Made by a program: the position numbers and the translations under genes. Positions 7,658 through 17,165 of a stretch of 64,000 bases of DNA are shown here, piece after piece. Within the stretch, counting starts at the first letter, position 1; each line of letters starts with the position of its first letter. The notes below the pieces were generated by a model. The model was not told the DNA's origin. It ran no database searches and saw only the letters and a program-made list of their open reading frames with translations. The DNA is from Patescibacteria group bacterium (GTDB taxonomy: Bacteria > Patescibacteriota > Patescibacteriia > PEXW01). The stretch spans positions 3,482 through 67,481 of the forward strand of contig JBBTVB010000005.1 in the NCBI GenBank assembly GCA_038063455.1, given 5' to 3'.

Positions 7658-10153
7658 ATGCCCAAAGCGCTCGTCATCGTCGAATCTCCCACCAAAGCCA
7701 AAACCATCGGCCGTTTCCTCGGCAAAGATTTTCAGGTGGAGGCATCTTTCGGGCACGTACGCGATCTGCCAAAAAGTACCATGGGCGTAGATGTGGAGCA
7801 TAACTTCCAGCCCGAATACGTCGTTGGTGATGATGATAAAGAAACGGTAACCAAATTGAAAAAGTTGGCAAAAGCCACGGGCAAAGTGTACTTCGCCACT
7901 GACGAAGATCGTGAAGGTGAAGCAATCTCTTGGCATTTGGCCGAACTTCTAAAAATTAAGGGCGAAGACGTGCAACGCATTGTCTTCCACGAAATTACCA
8001 AAGCAGCTATCGACCATGCCTTGGCCAACCCCCGCCCGCTGGACATTAAACGCGTGGACGCCCAGCAAGCCCGCCGCATTCTGGACCGCCTGGTTGGCTA
8101 CGAACTCTCCCCTTTCCTATGGCGCAAAGTGCGGCGCGGGCTTTCGGCCGGCCGCGTGCAGTCGGTGGCCGTGCGGTTGATCGTGGAACGTGAACGGGAA
8201 ATTCTGGCTTTCAAAAATCAAGAGTACTGGACCATTGAAGGCGTCTTCGACACGGGCAAAGAAACTTTTGAAGCCAAACTCTTAAAACTCGCGGGCGCCA
8301 GCTTGGACAAATTTGCCATTGGCAACCAGCAAGCGGCAGACGAGCTGCTAGCCAAACTCAAGGGCGCGGCCTACCACATTGGCGATGTCCAGCTGAAAAC
8401 CACCAAGCGCTCCCCGGCGCCGCCATTTACCACTGCCACCCTGCAAATGGACGCCAACCGCCGCTTAGGGCTCTCGGCCAACCGCACCATGCGGCTGGCG
8501 CAGCAGCTGTACGAAGGCGTGCACCTGGGTGGCAAAGGCCAGACCGGCTTGATTACCTACATGCGTACGGACTCGCTCAACTTGTCTGACAAATTCATAA
8601 ACGAGACCAAAACGTACCTGGAAAACACTTTTGGCAAAGACTACGTGCTGCCCGCCGGTAGGAAGTTTAAAACGAATAGCAAGGGCGCGCAGGAAGCGCA
8701 CGAAGCCATCCGCCCGACCGAAGTTGTCCACTCCCCCGAAAGCATTCGCGAGCACCTGGACCCCGACCAAGCCAAACTCTACGAGCTCATCTGGAACCGC
8801 GCCGTGGCTTCGCAAATGCCGGACGCCCAAGTGGACCAAACCAGCGTGGACGTGGCGGCGAATGTGGAAGAGGCGATTTTCCGCGCGACCGGCGCCACTA
8901 TTCGCTTCCCTGGCTTTTTAAAGGTGTACCCGGACGGCGCCAAAGAAACTTTCCTGCCGCCGCTCAAGGTCAACGACAAAGTCGAGGCCAAAGACGTGAA
9001 AGGCGTGCAGCACTTTACCGAACCGCCACCTCGCTATTCGGACGCCAGCATTGTGAAAGTGCTGGAAGAGCACGGCATTGGCCGACCTTCCACCTACGCC
9101 CCGACCATTACCACCATTGTGGACCGCGGCTACGTGGAGCGGGATGAGCGCCGCTTGAAACCGACCGAGGTGGCTTTCTTGGTTATTGATTTACTCGTGA
9201 AGCACTTCCCCGAAATTGTCGACTACCAGTTTACGGCCAACATGGAGCAGCAGTTTGACCACATTGCCGAGGGTAAAACCGAATGGCAGCCCGTGCTCAA
9301 AACTTTCTACGACAAATTCCACACCAATTTAGTGGCCAAAGACGCGGAAATTTCGAAAAAGGACCTCACTGAAACCGCGACCGATGAAATCTGCGAGCGT
9401 TGCGGCAAACCCATGATTAAAAAGTTTGGCCGCTTTGGCACCTTCCTGGCCTGCACGGGCTACCCCGAATGCAAGCACACTATAAACCTGGATAAGGCAG
9501 GCAACCATGCGCCAATCCCAGAAGCGAAACCTCTGGGAATTGACCCGATAAGTGGCCTGGGTGTGTTCTTAAAAACTGGTCGCTTTGGTACCTACGTGCA
9601 ACTTGGAGAAAAAAAGAAGGAGGAAGACGGCGCAGTAAAAAAACGCCGAAAAAAAGGCGATCCCAAAGCCGAGAAACTCAAGTCTGCATCGCTGTTGACG
9701 GGCATGACTGCGGAAACGCTTACGCTTGAACAAGCCCTGCAGCTTCTCTCCCTGCCCCGCACCGTGGGCAAGACCGCGGCCGGCGAAGACATTCTGGCCG
9801 CCAATGGCAAGTTCGGCCCGTACATTAAAGCCGGTATTGAAACGCGTAGCATTCCCGACGGCGAATCGCCGTTGACGATTACTGAGGCAAAGGCACTAGA
9901 ACTCTTGGCCCAACCCAAACAAGCTAGCCGGCGCTCGGGTGGCCGCACGCTCAAAGAATTGGGCGCACATCCAAAAACTGGCAAGAACGTGAAGGTACTG
10001 GATGGTAAGTACGGTCCATATGTTTCTGATGGTAAGACACATGCTTCACTGCCCAAAGGCACCGCCCCCGAGTCGGTCACTATGGACCAAGCCGTGGAGC
10101 TCATGGCCGAACGCGAGGGGAAACCGAAGAAAAAACGACGCGGAAAAAAATAA
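7658..10153 (+). CDS. topA: DNA topoisomerase I
   Basis: Toprim motif 'LVIVESPTKAKTI', active-site 'YMRTDS', the zinc ribbon 'CERCGKPM...CTGYPEC' and a Lys-rich tail. Confidence 0.97.
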   Translation: MPKALVIVESPTKAKTIGRFLGKDFQVEASFGHVRDLPKSTMGVDVEHNFQPEYVVGDDDKETVTKLKKLAKATGKVYFATDEDREGEAISWHLAELLKIKGEDVQRIVFHEITKAAIDHALANPRPLDIKRVDAQQARRILDRLVGYELSPFLWRKVRRGLSAGRVQSVAVRLIVEREREILAFKNQEYWTIEGVFDTGKETFEAKLLKLAGASLDKFAIGNQQAADELLAKLKGAAYHIGDVQLKTTKRSPAPPFTTATLQMDANRRLGLSANRTMRLAQQLYEGVHLGGKGQTGLITYMRTDSLNLSDKFINETKTYLENTFGKDYVLPAGRKFKTNSKGAQEAHEAIRPTEVVHSPESIREHLDPDQAKLYELIWNRAVASQMPDAQVDQTSVDVAANVEEAIFRATGATIRFPGFLKVYPDGAKETFLPPLKVNDKVEAKDVKGVQHFTEPPPRYSDASIVKVLEEHGIGRPSTYAPTITTIVDRGYVERDERRLKPTEVAFLVIDLLVKHFPEIVDYQFTANMEQQFDHIAEGKTEWQPVLKTFYDKFHTNLVAKDAEISKKDLTETATDEICERCGKPMIKKFGRFGTFLACTGYPECKHTINLDKAGNHAPIPEAKPLGIDPISGLGVFLKTGRFGTYVQLGEKKKEEDGAVKKRRKKGDPKAEKLKSASLLTGMTAETLTLEQALQLLSLPRTVGKTAAGEDILAANGKFGPYIKAGIETRSIPDGESPLTITEAKALELLAQPKQASRRSGGRTLKELGAHPKTGKNVKVLDGKYGPYVSDGKTHASLPKGTAPESVTMDQAVELMAEREGKPKKKRRGKK

Positions 10154-10180
10154 AACGGATTCTCATATGAGTATCCGTTT
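10153..10180. terminator. Bidirectional terminator hairpin
   Basis: AAACGGAT-N12-ATCCGTTT, flanked by A and T runs on both sides. Confidence 0.7.
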
Positions 10181-10197
10181 TCAAAAAAATTTCAATC

Positions 10198-10626
10198 CTA
10201 ACGTACAGCGGGCACAGGCTCAAGGACGTGCCCAGCAAGACCCATTGCTACTGTAAGAATCTCTAGGGCAATCGCTGCTATACCAGCCTGAAGAATGAGC
10301 CCGTTGGATGGAGTGAAACGTACAAATGTGACCTCTCGTAAGTGCGTCCGCCTTTTATGATCGTACCGACCATATCGACTAGGCATAGTCACAAACACCA
10401 TAACGTCACTGGCCTCACTCTCGAGACTCTCGGCATTAGGACTCCATCGAAAAGTCAATTCTGTACAATTTTCTTCATTGCCAGTAAGAATTATTGCCCC
10501 TAGACCATCCGGCAATAATGCTTTACTGCCATGGTAAAAGCCAGGGGAACCAAAAATTTCCGGCTTTACTTGGTATTTTTTCACTAGGGTATCAAAGAGC
10601 TGTTCAGGTAGCGTTTGGCCAGGCAT
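10198..10626 (-). CDS. Hypothetical protein (142 aa)
   Basis: An AAAGGAGG SD precedes the ATG. I recognise no family motif. The C-terminus is hydrophobic. Confidence 0.6.
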   Translation of the reverse strand: MPGQTLPEQLFDTLVKKYQVKPEIFGSPGFYHGSKALLPDGLGAIILTGNEENCTELTFRWSPNAESLESEASDVMVFVTMPSRYGRYDHKRRTHLREVTFVRFTPSNGLILQAGIAAIALEILTVAMGLAGHVLEPVPAVR

Positions 10627-10760
10627 CGTATTCCTCCTTTAATTTTGTATGCCCACACTATACCTATAATAAAAATTAGGCAAGTATAGAATCTTCCGAC
10701 CTAATCAAAGGTAAACTTCAAACTATAGTGCATATATAATCTTCTAACACTTCAAATAAA

Positions 10761-10788
10761 AATGGATGCTCGTTTTCGAACATCCATT
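10761..10788. terminator. Bidirectional terminator hairpin
   Basis: AATGGATG-N12-CATCCATT with T and A runs on both sides, set in an AT-rich spacer. Confidence 0.7.
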
Positions 10789-10813
10789 ACTTTTTTAGTA
10801 CCAATGAGTCCCC

Positions 10814-11272
10814 TCACCATTGGACGCGCACGAAACCCCGATCAGACCCTGCACGAGCAAAATACCCAAGCTCTACAATTGTTTCGACTTCTCGGTTATT
10901 TTGCCCCATGGCCTCGGTCAAGCTGATAATCGGCAAATTCCCATCGTGACTGGGGAAATGCACGTACAGAGTGCGCTCTTGGCCACTGACCTCAATGACC
11001 GCGCCATGAAAAAACGTTGGGACGTTTTGGTGCGATAGCCGTGTTGCAACATCGGTCGCATTGAGTCTCTGTCGCGGGCGACCGTGTGCAATCGCCTCTT
11101 GAAACAGCGGCAGAAGCACGTTGAAGGCAGAATCAACAACCGCCGAGCTAATGCCGGATGTGTGCTGGAAAAAAGTAGGCACGGTTGTTACCTCAACTGC
11201 TTGCACCGTATCAGCTGGCATGACGTGCGCTTGCCCAGCGAGTGTAAAGAACACAAGCAAACCAGGAAACAT
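10814..11272 (-). CDS. Hypothetical secreted protein (152 aa)
   Basis: The internal ATG at 11272 is preceded by GGAGG. It has the signal-like 'MFPGLLVFFTLAGQAHV'. I recognise no family. Confidence 0.6.
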   Translation of the reverse strand: MFPGLLVFFTLAGQAHVMPADTVQAVEVTTVPTFFQHTSGISSAVVDSAFNVLLPLFQEAIAHGRPRQRLNATDVATRLSHQNVPTFFHGAVIEVSGQERTLYVHFPSHDGNLPIISLTEAMGQNNREVETIVELGYFARAGSDRGFVRVQW

Positions 11273-11315
11273 AAAACCTCCATGTGCAATGTTATGGGTT
11301 GTATTTTTGTCTATT

Positions 11316-12173
11316 CTACCGCGCCTCCACCTGCCGCACAATCCCCTCTAATTCCTCGGCATCGCCATAGTGGATGGTAATGTTGCCGCCTTTGCCCGCC
11401 GGTTTGATAGTCACTTTAGCGCCGAGTGCCGCCCGCAGCCGTGTTTCCCGGGCCTTGGTTTCCACATCCGAACTCTTGCGCGTGTGGCCGCGCACCGTGG
11501 TGTTACGCTGCACTTCCACAGTGCGCACGCTCATGCCTTCGTCCAGGACGCGCTTGAAGAGCTGCTGGCGAGCCTTCGGATCGGAAACACCGAGCAGCAC
11601 TTTGGCATGGCCTTCCGAGATTTTTCCTTCGGCGAGCGCGGCTAGCATTTCGGGGGCCAGCGAAAGAATACGAATCGCGTTCGTCACCACTGGTCGGCTC
11701 TGGCCAACCTTCTTCGCCACTTCGTCTTGGGTCAAGCTAAACTCATCAATTAAGCGTTGGTAGGCTTTGGCCCGTTCCACCGGGTTCAAATCCTGCCGCT
11801 GGACATTCTCGACCAAGGCCAGTTCCAGCTTTTGCTGGTTGGTGACACTGCGCACAATTGCCGGCACGGTGGCCAGGCCAGCCAATTTTGACGCACGCAA
11901 ACGCCGCTCGCCGGCAATGAGCTCGTAGCCGCGGGGTGTCTCGGTTACAACCAAGGGCTGCAAAATGCCGTGCTCTTTTATAGAACTCACCAGGTCTTCC
12001 AAATGTTGCCGCTCGAAGTGCTCTCGCGGCTGGTGCGGGTTGGCGTTAATGCGGTGGATCGAAAGCTGCTCAATGCGCTCGCCAGCTTGCGGCTTCACAT
12101 CGCCCCAGTAGTTGCTGCCCGATGCGCCGGGGATAAGCGAGGAAAGACCGCGGCCAAGTGTGGTTTTTGCCAT
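11316..12173 (-). CDS. parB: Chromosome partitioning protein ParB/Spo0J
   Basis: 'GERRLRASKLAG' ParB box, an HTH and a C-terminal dimerisation region. Confidence 0.93.
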   Translation of the reverse strand: MAKTTLGRGLSSLIPGASGSNYWGDVKPQAGERIEQLSIHRINANPHQPREHFERQHLEDLVSSIKEHGILQPLVVTETPRGYELIAGERRLRASKLAGLATVPAIVRSVTNQQKLELALVENVQRQDLNPVERAKAYQRLIDEFSLTQDEVAKKVGQSRPVVTNAIRILSLAPEMLAALAEGKISEGHAKVLLGVSDPKARQQLFKRVLDEGMSVRTVEVQRNTTVRGHTRKSSDVETKARETRLRAALGAKVTIKPAGKGGNITIHYGDAEELEGIVRQVEAR

Positions 12174-12182
12174 AGAGGTAGT

Positions 12183-12950
12183 TTAGCCTATTTCCCCGTC
12201 CACGACTTCCCGGGCCAGCTTCTCATACGCTTTGGCGCCCTTGCTGCCCGGGTCAAAATGCCGGATGGCTTTGCCGTGGCTCGGTGCTTCGGCCAGCTTT
12301 ACGTTGCGCGGGATAACCGTGCGAAAAATTTTATTCGGGAAGTACTGGTACAACTCTTGGAACACAGCTTGGGAGAGTTTGTTACGCTCATCGTACATTG
12401 TCATCACCGCGCCGAGCACGGTCAGGCCGGGCTGCAGGCTCTGCTTGATGGCCGCAATGGTCTCAACGAGCTGGCCCAGTCCTTCGAGGGCGTAGTACTC
12501 AGTCTGGACGGGAATGAGAATCTCTTCCGCCGCGACCAAACCGTTGAGGGTAAGGATGCCCAAACTTGGCGGGCAGTCGATAATGATGTAGTCGTACTCG
12601 TTGCGGACTTCGGCCAGGCTTTCCCGCAATTTGTGCTCGCGTCGGTCCAGCGGGACGAGCTCAACGTTTGCCCCGGCCAGGTCCAACGTCGCCGGGGCTG
12701 CTCGCAAACCGTCCACGGCGGTGTCCTGCACGATATCGCGGAAAGATTTAAGCCCGATAATCGCATGGTAGACGCCGTGCGGGACTTTTCGATGGTCCAC
12801 ACCAATGCCTGACGATGCATTGCCTTGGGGGTCAATGTCTACCAGCAGCACAAACTTGCCCAAGCTGGCCAATTCGGCAGCAAGATTGATTGCGGTCGTG
12901 GTCTTCCCCACACCGCCTTTTTGATTTACTACTGCAATAACACGCGCCAT
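12183..12950 (-). CDS. parA: Chromosome partitioning ATPase ParA/Soj
   Basis: Deviant Walker A 'NQKGGVGKTTTA'. ATG at 12950; the tracked TTG at 12959 is an alternative. Confidence 0.93.
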   Translation of the reverse strand: MARVIAVVNQKGGVGKTTTAINLAAELASLGKFVLLVDIDPQGNASSGIGVDHRKVPHGVYHAIIGLKSFRDIVQDTAVDGLRAAPATLDLAGANVELVPLDRREHKLRESLAEVRNEYDYIIIDCPPSLGILTLNGLVAAEEILIPVQTEYYALEGLGQLVETIAAIKQSLQPGLTVLGAVMTMYDERNKLSQAVFQELYQYFPNKIFRTVIPRNVKLAEAPSHGKAIRHFDPGSKGAKAYEKLAREVVDGEIG

Positions 12951-12991
12951 AGGTAACAACAGTATAGCAGGAAAAAGCCTCGTGAATTATT

Positions 12992-13270
12992 TCACAAGGC
13001 TTTTACCAAAGAAAATCTTTCCCGAATTACGCGGAGCACATCTTGTGTGCGTTTCAGGTGTTCAGGGCTAACGCCCATGTCCAAGAATACTTCTGGGTGT
13101 TCAAGGGCGAGCACCGAAAGGAGCTCGTCATACCCATCGTCCGAGCCGGGAATGTAGTGCAGGAAAGCCTCCACTACATCTTCGACAGCTCGCTTCGGGT
13201 CGCGTGCCATGGTAATGAGCTCGCTGGTCGTCATTGGGTGCCTATCCTCGTCGACAGTGCGTGGGGACAT
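12992..13270 (-). CDS. Hypothetical acidic protein (92 aa)
   Basis: A GGAGG SD precedes the ATG. I recognise no motif. Confidence 0.6.
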   Translation of the reverse strand: MSPRTVDEDRHPMTTSELITMARDPKRAVEDVVEAFLHYIPGSDDGYDELLSVLALEHPEVFLDMGVSPEHLKRTQDVLRVIRERFSLVKAL

Positions 13271-13421
13271 GTGGCCTCCTAGGTTGGTATTCTGTTACCT
13301 TCGGTGTACGCCTAAAACACGCAGCCGTCAAATGCGTAACCTTGACAATGACACTGTGCATCTTCTATTCTAATGCAGCAACGTAAACGTGACGCGGCAC
13401 TTTGTATTCGACGCCGCACTA

Positions 13422-13496
13422 CGCGGGATGGAGCAGTAGCAGCTCGCCGGGCTCATAATCCGGAGGTCGGGGGTGCAAATCCCCCTCCCGCACCCA
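13422..13496 (+). tRNA. tRNA-fMet (CAT), initiator type
   Basis: Cloverleaf CGCGGGA...CTCATAA...TCCCGCA-C-CCA, with a C1xA72 mismatch and G:C pairs at the base of the anticodon stem. Confidence 0.8.
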
Positions 13497-13640
13497 CGCG
13501 AGGGCACGGCAACACCGTGACCTGACGACACCAAGAGTTGAGAAGCCGCAGCGTTAGCAAACCGAAGCACGGTTTACTGGCTCTGCGGCTTCTGTCATTA
13601 TTGAGCAGCATAGAGCGGGTACTTTTATACTAAGTATTAT

Positions 13641-13717
13641 GCCGGGGTAGCTCAGTTGGTTAGAGCGGAGGACTCATAAGCCTCAGGTCGGCGGTTCAAA
13701 TCCGCCCCCCGGTACCA
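13641..13717 (+). tRNA. tRNA-Met (CAT); either an elongator or tRNA-Ile2 (lysidine), which cannot be told apart by eye
   Basis: GCCGGGGTAGCTCAGTTGGTTAGAGC...CTCATAA...GGTTCAAATCC...CCCCGGTACCA. Confidence 0.88.
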
Positions 13718-13858
13718 GCTCGTTTCGTTCGTCGAGCTTCGCGTGTCGCCGTTCGGCAACCCGCTGCGCCCTCCGAACGAAGCCTCGCTCAACCCCACAG
13801 ATGCGTGCTCGACGCTTCGCGTCTGTGCGCCACATCTGCGGGGGCCCCGGATAGGAAA
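13718..13858. repeat. Structured intergenic repeat, copy C1 (partner at 63581..63716)
   Basis: Shared blocks: agctcgtttcg, cgaagcctcgct, and an 11-bp hairpin at 13793..13853 that covaries with copy C2. Confidence 0.55.
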
Positions 13859-13861
13859 TAC

Positions 13862-13946
13862 GCCGCTGTGGTGGAATTGGTAGACACGCACGACTCAAAA
13901 TCGTGTGGGGCAACCCATGTCGGTTCGACTCCGACCAGCGGTACCA
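13862..13946 (+). tRNA. tRNA-Leu (CAA)
   Basis: Long variable arm, anticodon loop CTCAAAA, T-arm GGTTCGACTCC and an encoded CCA end. Confidence 0.9.
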
Positions 13947-13957
13947 GTCCTTGTAGA

Positions 13958-14593
13958 TTACTGCACCGGCCCCTGCTTGGTGCCGCCGGTCGCCGCTCGC
14001 ACGGCACTTTCGAGCTCGGCATAAGAACTAAACTGCACTTGCGTGCCGTTCAAGAAGAACGTTGGCGTGCCTTGGACATTTTTACTTGTCCCCTCTTTCA
14101 CGTCGGCATCGACTACCGATTTTTCTGCGCGGGTGTCGTAACAGGCATTAAACTTGGTTGTGTCCAAGCCCAAATCTTGCGCGTACTGCTTCAGGTTGCC
14201 GCTGCTAAGTGCCGTTTGGTTGCTGAAAAGTTTGTCGTGCATTTCCCAGAACTTGCCCTGGTCGTTGGCGCACTCGCTGGCCAGCGCGGCATTGTAGGCA
14301 TGCGCGTGAATTTTGGTCAACGGGAAGTGCTTGTACTCAAAACGCAGCTTATCCTTGTAGGTTGTCATAAGCTGCTTCACAAAAGGGAAAGCCGAACCGC
14401 AGGCTGGGCATTGGAAATCCGAAAACTCCTGTAAAACGACTTTGCTGCTGGCATTCCCGTCCACGGGGCGGGGGCTATTCACATTGTCGTAAGTCACTTT
14501 CGGGCCGCGTGTTGCGGCAAACGTTATGCCCGCGCCAACAACAATGATTGCAGCGACGGTGCCCCAGATTCCCCAGCGGAAGCGTTGTGCCAT
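13958..14593 (-). CDS. Membrane-anchored DsbA-like thiol:disulfide oxidoreductase
   Basis: N-terminal TM segment and the thioredoxin-fold motif 'FSDFQCPACG'. Confidence 0.85.
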   Translation of the reverse strand: MAQRFRWGIWGTVAAIIVVGAGITFAATRGPKVTYDNVNSPRPVDGNASSKVVLQEFSDFQCPACGSAFPFVKQLMTTYKDKLRFEYKHFPLTKIHAHAYNAALASECANDQGKFWEMHDKLFSNQTALSSGNLKQYAQDLGLDTTKFNACYDTRAEKSVVDADVKEGTSKNVQGTPTFFLNGTQVQFSSYAELESAVRAATGGTKQGPVQ

Positions 14594-14601
14594 ATGTGCA
14601 G

Positions 14602-15393
14602 TTAGTATAGCGGGCGGCGCTGGCGCGTGAACACCAAGGCGACACCGACGAGAATGAGAATGAAGCTAAAAAGTTGGGCGTTGGTAAATGGTCCAATCAT
14701 CGGTTCGCCTAGCCGCAGGAAGTCCAGACCAAGCCGCACGCCCGGCGACAGGACAAGGTAGGCAGCGGCAACATCGCCAATGTGCAACTTCTTGCGTTTC
14801 CAGAGCAATAGCAGGAACACCAGAATAATAGCATTCCCCAGCATTTCATACAGGAACAACGGATGGAAGCGGGTAAAAGCTTCAAAACCAAGCAGCCGGT
14901 GAGCAGGATCGATGGGAATAGCCCAGGGTAGGCCCGTCGGCCGACCGTACAGCTCCTGGTTAAACCAGTTGCCCCACCGGCCAATAATCTGTCCCAGCGC
15001 GAGGGCGGGCAAGAGCACGTCAGCGAGTTGAAAAATATTCCGCTTATGCTGGCGGCAATAGCCCCACACGGCCAACGCGCCGCCCAGCAATGCACCGTGG
15101 AAGGCAATGCCGCCTTTCCAAATTTGTAAAATTTCGATGAGGTGACCTTGGTAGTAGGTCCATTCGTTCAGCACATGCAGCAGTCGTGCGCCAACCAGCG
15201 CGCTAACCACCATAATCAAGGTCAGGTCCACTACCTGCTCGCGAGTTAGGCCAATACGCTTGCCCACGTGCTGCGCCAAGAACACCCCGGCCAGCAGGCC
15301 CAATGCCAAACTCACCCCGTACCAGTGCAGCTGCACGGCGCCCAGGGTGAGCAGGATCGGATTCGGTGGCGCGTGCGTGAGCCAGCCGAACAT
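14602..15393 (-). CDS. lgt: Prolipoprotein diacylglyceryl transferase
   Basis: 'GGIAFHGALLGG' and 'GRWGNWFNQELYG' Lgt signatures. Confidence 0.93.
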   Translation of the reverse strand: MFGWLTHAPPNPILLTLGAVQLHWYGVSLALGLLAGVFLAQHVGKRIGLTREQVVDLTLIMVVSALVGARLLHVLNEWTYYQGHLIEILQIWKGGIAFHGALLGGALAVWGYCRQHKRNIFQLADVLLPALALGQIIGRWGNWFNQELYGRPTGLPWAIPIDPAHRLLGFEAFTRFHPLFLYEMLGNAIILVFLLLLWKRKKLHIGDVAAAYLVLSPGVRLGLDFLRLGEPMIGPFTNAQLFSFILILVGVALVFTRQRRPLY

Positions 15394-15398
15394 GCCGA

Positions 15399-16178
15399 CT
15401 AGATTTTGGCGAGCTCCTGGTCGATCAGGCTCTTCACGAAGTCATAGGACTGTGCGCCCTGGACAGCGTAGCCATTCACGAAGCTGGTTGGGGTGCCGGT
15501 GACACCCAGCGAGTCGCCGTATTTCTGATCGGCCGCTACCTTACTCGCCTTCTTATTTTCATCCAAACAGCTGTTGAATGTAGATTCTTTCAAGCCCAGA
15601 TCTTTGGCCCAAGTTTTAAAATTGGCAATAGAAAGAGTGGACTGGTTAGCAAAGAGTTTTGCGTGCATTTCCCAGAACTTCTTCTGGTCGCCAGCGCACT
15701 CAGCTGCCTCGGCGGCTTTCTGGGCTTGCGGGTGGATGCTAGATAGTGGATAGTGCTTGTAGACAACGCGGACCTTGTCTTTATAATCGGCGAGCACTTT
15801 GGTTACCGTTGGCTCAAACTGGCTGCAGAATGGGCACTCAAAGTCACTAAATTCCACCAACGTCACCTTGGCGTTTTTGTTGCCGGTAATCCAGTCATTC
15901 TTCTCGTCAACTTTTACGTCAACCGGCGTGGTGGGTGAAGGCGTGGCGCCCGTGGTATCTGCGGTGTTGGTGTTGCTCACGGCTGCGGTTTTGGTGGTGC
16001 CGCCGTCAACCGCATTGCGGTAGGCACTAAAAGAAAGCAAAAAACCCAACAAGCTTACTGCGGCTACCCCGACCATAATCCCTAGGCTAAACAAAAGTTT
16101 TGGCGGGCCGGTAAAAATACTCGCGTTCGGCGAGCTTTGGCTTGGTTGCCAGTTCTGCGGGGGCATGGGTTCGGGCAT
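15399..16178 (-). CDS. Membrane-anchored DsbA-like thiol:disulfide oxidoreductase
   Basis: TM anchor, a Thr-rich linker and 'FSDFECPFCS'. Confidence 0.85.
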   Translation of the reverse strand: MPEPMPPQNWQPSQSSPNASIFTGPPKLLFSLGIMVGVAAVSLLGFLLSFSAYRNAVDGGTTKTAAVSNTNTADTTGATPSPTTPVDVKVDEKNDWITGNKNAKVTLVEFSDFECPFCSQFEPTVTKVLADYKDKVRVVYKHYPLSSIHPQAQKAAEAAECAGDQKKFWEMHAKLFANQSTLSIANFKTWAKDLGLKESTFNSCLDENKKASKVAADQKYGDSLGVTGTPTSFVNGYAVQGAQSYDFVKSLIDQELAKI

Positions 16179-16241
16179 ACGGTCGGTTGGAAAAAGACGA
16201 ATGCCTATATTCTACTACAGGCTGTAGAAGTCTGCAAATCC

Positions 16242-17165
16242 CTATTTTTGTTGGAGCTTATTGATGTACTGACTAGCGAGCATGGCCACTTTGGCACCCT
16301 CCCCTGCTGCGATAATAATTTGCTCACCCCACAGGTCATTCACATCACCGGCCGCGTACAAACCCGGAATGCCGGTTTGCCCATCACGGTCTACCAGCAC
16401 GGCACCTTGCTTGTCGTGGGGCGCGACGTGGTCGAAGTCTGCGGATGGCAGCCAGCCAATTTCCACAAACACCCCTGCCACTGTCAGTACCTGCGCGATG
16501 CCGTCAATCATAACCGATAGTCCTGTAACGCGCTGGTCGCCCTCGACGGCCAGAGTCTTGGCATTGCCGTGCACCACGATGTTCGGGTTGGCGGCAATCT
16601 TGTGCTTGAAAATTTCGTCGCCCTGGAGCGCGGGGTTTGCCACCACTATGTGAACGGTCTTGCAGAACTTGGCCATGGTAATAGCCGCGTCCATGGCGGA
16701 GTTCCCGCCGCCGATAACTGCCACATCCTTCCCTTTGAAAAACGCGCCATCGCACGTGGCACACACGGCCACGCCCCGACCCTTGAATTCTTCCTCGCCG
16801 GGCACACCCAGCCAGCGCGGCTTGCGGCCAGAGGCAATAATGACCACGTGCGAATCGTACGTCGTACCGTTGTCCACCGTGATGCGGAACGTGGTGTCAT
16901 CTGTGCGGTCGAGGCTGGTCACGGCTACGCCTTCCTGGACGGTTACAATATCCTTAAATGCAGCCAAGTGGTCGCGGAAGTGCTGCACTAAATCTTGGCC
17001 GGTAATCATGGTAAAGCCGAGGTAATTTTCAATGTCTTGCGAGAGCACGGCTTGGCCGCCAATATCTTTCGTGAGCAAGAGCGTGCGCAAATTCTTGCGC
17101 GCGCAGTAGATTGCGGCGGTAAGGCCGGCGGGCCCGCCACCAATAATAATAGCTTCGTAGGTCAT
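16242..17165 (-). CDS. trxB: Thioredoxin reductase
   Basis: 'IIGGGPAGL', redox-active 'CATCDG' and 'GGGNSA'. The ATG at 17165 overlaps the upstream stop (ATGA). Confidence 0.93.
   Translation of the reverse strand: MTYEAIIIGGGPAGLTAAIYCARKNLRTLLLTKDIGGQAVLSQDIENYLGFTMITGQDLVQHFRDHLAAFKDIVTVQEGVAVTSLDRTDDTTFRITVDNGTTYDSHVVIIASGRKPRWLGVPGEEEFKGRGVAVCATCDGAFFKGKDVAVIGGGNSAMDAAITMAKFCKTVHIVVANPALQGDEIFKHKIAANPNIVVHGNAKTLAVEGDQRVTGLSVMIDGIAQVLTVAGVFVEIGWLPSADFDHVAPHDKQGAVLVDRDGQTGIPGLYAAGDVNDLWGEQIIIAAGEGAKVAMLASQYINKLQQK

Noticed and set aside
11970-14434. Plus-strand ORFs 11970..12812 and 13805..14434
   Set aside because: The first is antisense to parB and parA. The second runs straight through tRNA-Leu and antisense to the DsbA-like gene.
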